A stretch of 64,000 nucleotides of DNA from assembly GCF_009914755.1 (NCBI RefSeq), contig NC_060934.1; one strand, given 5' to 3'. The translations under genes and the position numbers were made by a program. The notes beneath the pieces are model-generated. The model was not told the origin of the DNA. It saw only the letters and a list, made by a program, of their open reading frames with translations, and searched no databases. The DNA is from the human T2T-CHM13v2.0 reference genome, Homo sapiens. Below, piece by piece: positions 62,160 to 64,000 of this stretch (position 1 is its first letter; the number at the start of each line of letters is the position of its first letter).

Positions 62160-62465
62160 ATTTTTCTTTTGCTATTTCTTTTTGAGACAGAATCTCACTC
62201 TTTTGCGCTGGCTGGAGTGCTGTGGTGCAATCACAGCTCACTCCAGCCTTGATATCCCAAGCTTGAGCAATCCTCCCGCCTCAGTCTCTTGAGTAGCTGG
62301 GAGTACAGGCACATGCCACCATGCCTGGCTAATTTTTGTCTTTTTTGTAGAGACAGGTTTTTGCCATGTTGCCTAAGCTGATCTCGAACTCCTGAGCTCA
62401 AGCAATCTGACCACCTTGGCCTCTCAAACTGTTGAGATTACAGGTGTGAACCACTTCACCTGGCC
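62160..62465 (-). mobile_element. Alu (J-type)
   Basis: Reverse Alu; ctcttttg on both sides. Confidence 0.9.
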
Positions 62466-63147
62466 TCTTTTGTAATTTTTCTCGGAATGCTGCCTTCCTC
62501 CTGCTCACCTACCTGGACTCTATCCATCCTTCACAATCTAGAAGATCCAAACCCAATTGTTCTATTAGATATTCGTCAATTCCACCATTTCACACTTATT
62601 GGATTCTTCTTTGAAAAAGTCTAGATTTAGTGTCTATACTTATTTTTTGACATCTTATCATAAAATTTAGAGAAGGTAGACTAGTGTTCTCATTAAAATG
62701 CTATTTGTTTTAACTCTGGCAGCAATATAAAACTGAGCATTTTTCCACCTTAAGGACTAACCAAACTAAGGTACAGACTGCTAAGTCTCTAAAGGCAAAA
62801 TATTTGCTGAATATACAATATTGTCATATTTTGACAAATTCTGTTCTTTTAACATAGACACCCTAGCACAGGGCTTAATAAGTGTTCTGCAAGCGGTAGA
62901 TATTCAGTATATCTGCATAATTTACATAACTTTCTTCAAGGAACTAAATCATTAATCTTCAAGTCATTTTTGTGTAATAACAAAGCAATTATAATTTCTA
63001 GTTATATCTGATCAGTCACCTCAGGTTATATCTTCACATACAAAATGAAGCTATAAACAAAGAATACATATAGACTATACAAGATTTTTTTAAATTCCAG
63101 CAATAATTAAGGGAAACACTGTTTTTACATGAATGATGAACAAATAT

Positions 63148-63170
63148 ATGTGTGTGTGTGTGTGTGTGTA
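63148..63170. repeat. (TG)n microsatellite
   Basis: Direct reading; similar tracts near 12007, 26566, 38275 and 59303. Confidence 0.9.
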
Positions 63171-63973
63171 TAATGACAAAGATATTCTCATCTATCACAG
63201 ATAATTAGTAAAGAAACTGAAAATCATACACATTTCCAGTTAGGGATCCTAATTTTTCCCCATCACTGCTATATAAATTGAACAGGCATTAGGCTTATTT
63301 AATAGTTTTTATACATCAGCAACTTCAGAAAAGCCACACTGCCGAATTTAAGAAACAGTCAATTCATAACTCATTATAAATATTTAAAGAGCATTAAATA
63401 TGGAGGCAGATATGGTCCCAAAAATAATATTCCAGATATTGTGATAGATGACATAATATAATGTTTAGTCCCATACTTTCTAAAATCAGGGCTTCTCAAA
63501 CTTTTCCATTGAAACTGCCCCTCTTGACAAAATATCCTAATAAAAAGGCTGAGAGGGAACATATATCCCCTATCCCCAGGAATAAGAAAGCAGAACCTCC
63601 AAATACTCCACTATTCTAAACTTCTCATGCTTAATCTTAAAAATTCATGCTCTAAGAAGACATGCCATATTTATTCTATGACTTTGCATCATGTACTCTC
63701 AGTGCTACAAGTTACCAACTTTGAGAAGCACTCACTTAAACCAATGTATGTCTATCTGAAAAACATTTTCCTACATTATGCTAATGGAACAATTTCATTG
63801 TATAATGCTGGAGGCATATAAGAATGAAAACTGACATTTGTTGAGTACTAAGTATGTAAAAGGCATTACATTAGGTTTTTGTATATATAAAATCTCAATT
63901 TTCAAAATGTAAATATTATCATGCCCACTGTAAGGAAGGAACTGAGGCACAAGGAGATTAAAATAGCTATCCC

Positions 63974-64000
63974 GGCAGGGCACAGTGGCTCATGCCTGTA
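63974..64000 (+). mobile_element. Alu 5' end, cut by the window edge
   Basis: ggcagggcacagtggctcatgcctgta. Confidence 0.85.

Overview
AT-rich human/primate genomic DNA that lies entirely inside the minus-strand gene RTKN2 (rhotekin-2). Ten coding exons (3-12, 1567 nt) were resolved with canonical AG/GT ends and continuous phase from 48665 to the TAG at 525-527. They encode the anillin-homology and PH domains and the C-terminal tail; exons 1-2 were not found and presumably lie beyond 64000. Introns carry about 24 Alus, L1/L2 relics, MaLR LTRs and Tigger/hAT DNA transposons. Main observations: (1) a chain of nine exon-like segments on the gene strand in introns 9-11 that can be joined in phase if a few lesions are assumed, possibly a decayed alternative C-terminus or nested gene; (2) exon 9 is 126 nt, apparently 6 nt shorter than the reference allele as I recall it; (3) a 95-bp, 93% identical inverted duplicate brackets exons 8-9, with one copy inside an Alu linker; (4) two templated-insertion repair scars and several tandem duplications. 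Gene identity and exon numbering come from recognising the protein sequence; no database search was run. Repeat boundaries and subfamilies are approximate.
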